A stretch of 64,000 nt of DNA from Callorhinchus milii (lineage: Eukaryota): assembly GCF_018977255.1 (NCBI RefSeq), contig NW_024704743.1, forward strand, positions 92,692,001 to 92,756,000. The letters are read 5' to 3'. A program made the position numbers and the translations under genes. Shown one piece after another: positions 62,547 to 64,000 of the stretch. The notes beneath the pieces are model-generated. The model was not told the DNA's origin. It worked only from the letters and a program-made list of their open reading frames with translations, and made no database searches. Each line of letters starts with the position of its first letter. Position 1 is the stretch's first letter.

Positions 62547-62901
62547 ATAATAATAATAATCCTTGAATTTGATATAGTGCTTTTCATGTCTTCTTGATGT
62601 CTCAAAGCGCTTCACAGAATATACTGTAAAGTGAATTGACTGCATTGAAGCAGTTTTAGCAGAATTTCTCCTTGATCACGTCTATGCTTGTTCCAAGCAC
62701 AAATTGCAGCCAATTGCACACAGCAGTATCCCACAAACAGTCGTGGATTGAAGTGACCAAATTATTATTGTTTGTTTTCTTGAGGGTTTATTTTCAGGCA
62801 TGTGAAGTAAGGAAATTTGCCCAAGCTTTTGCCGTGCCAGGAATCAAACCCAGGTCTTTCGCTTGTGAGGTGAGTGCTCTAACCACTGAGCTCCAGGACT
62901 C
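62547..62901 (-). mobile_element. SINE short form carrying a foreign 62-bp insert
   Basis: Family match on both sides of 62645-62706. Confidence 0.9.
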
Positions 62902-63129
62902 CTGATTCCACTTAGAAAACATCTTTTGGTGCTGTGATAGGAGGAGCATGCCTGGTGAGTTCCTAGGAGAGAGATCCTCCAGAAAAACATGGCCAGCCTA
63001 AGTTGGCAAATAAAAGTTTGGTTTAGAGACAAAGACCTAATTGATGAATTTGTAAAAAAGGCAGCTGGCAGATGAAGTAACCAGTCTAAACCAGGGAGAT
63101 CTATCCTGAACAACAATCCCAGAAATAGA

Positions 63130-63300
63130 ATTGTTCATTCACTTTATGGTTGCTTGTGTGACCCTAAGTGTGTGTAAATTGGCTATTGTGTTTATCTACA
63201 AAATATGCAGTCATTACACTTTGCAGTATACTGTGCAAAGCTCTTTGAGACATCCTCCGGATGTAAAAGGCACAATGTTAAATTCAAAGATTTTTATTTT
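63130..63300 (+). mobile_element. Old SINE 3' fragment
   Basis: gtgtgtaaattggct...aaaatatgcagtcattacacttt...tttgagacatcctcc. Confidence 0.65.
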
Positions 63301-64000
63301 TAAATGGCTCTGGGTTGGGTTTCAGAGAGGTCAAAGACTGAGTGCATTGTGTGTAAACTCAAGAAGCATTGGCCTGCAAAAGACATACAAAACAGTGACG
63401 GACAGTGTTATGGTTTGTTTTTGTTTGGTATTTCTTGTGTAACAGAGGTCATTGGAATTAACCAGTTACGAAATTTGAAGCAGTTTTAGCAGAGTTTCTC
63501 CTCGGACAGGTCTATGCTTGTTCCAAGCACAAATTGTTTTACCCATAAATATTTAACAATTCACCCAGTCACAAAACTTTAAAACCAGTGAGGAATAGCT
63601 TTTATCTCAACTTTAATATTTAACGAATAATTAAATAAAATATTTAAATGGGGTACAAGCTCTTTAATAGACTTGCATTCAGTGAAATCATCTCTCATTA
63701 ACACAGCTGACAGCTTAAGAGTTTGAGAGCTCCAGTAGCAATATTTAAATATTATTTATATAACTTTTGCCCATATAGCTCAATAATGGAGGCAAATAAA
63801 ATTGCCAGCACTGTTCTGCACAAAACTTCAGTACAAGCCCAAAAAGTTAATTCAAACAGAGTCCCAGATCTCCAGCAGCCTCCGCTCTGCTTTAAATCAT
63901 GCCAATCATCAAATGAACATAATGAGCTTTCTTTGCTAGTGCAAGGAGAGCCATTTCTAATGAGTATTTCCTTAAAAATAACTTCATATCTTCATCAAAG

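Overview
This is eukaryotic, AT-rich, repeat-dense non-coding DNA. It is most likely from a cartilaginous fish, probably a chimaera such as the elephant shark; this is inferred only from the repeat content. I found no recognisable host protein-coding exon, rRNA, true tRNA gene or CRISPR array, so the window looks intergenic or lies inside a very large intron. All credible ORFs come from 5'-truncated L2 and CR1 LINEs. The best is a 524-aa L2 reverse-transcriptase frame at 4269-5843 (-). The window also holds about 20 copies of a young tRNA(Ala)-headed SINE with a Deu-type segment and an L2-derived 3' tail, in long and short forms. There are older full Deu-domain SINEs, one 619-bp solo LTR with a 4-bp TSD, and several MITE-like inverted-repeat elements. 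Local rearrangement scars include a 62-bp templated insertion, nested CR1s and tandem duplications. I did not find a convincing new biological system; the findings concern transposon biology, DNA-repair scars and candidate regulatory DNA. Boundaries of old repeats were placed by eye and are approximate.
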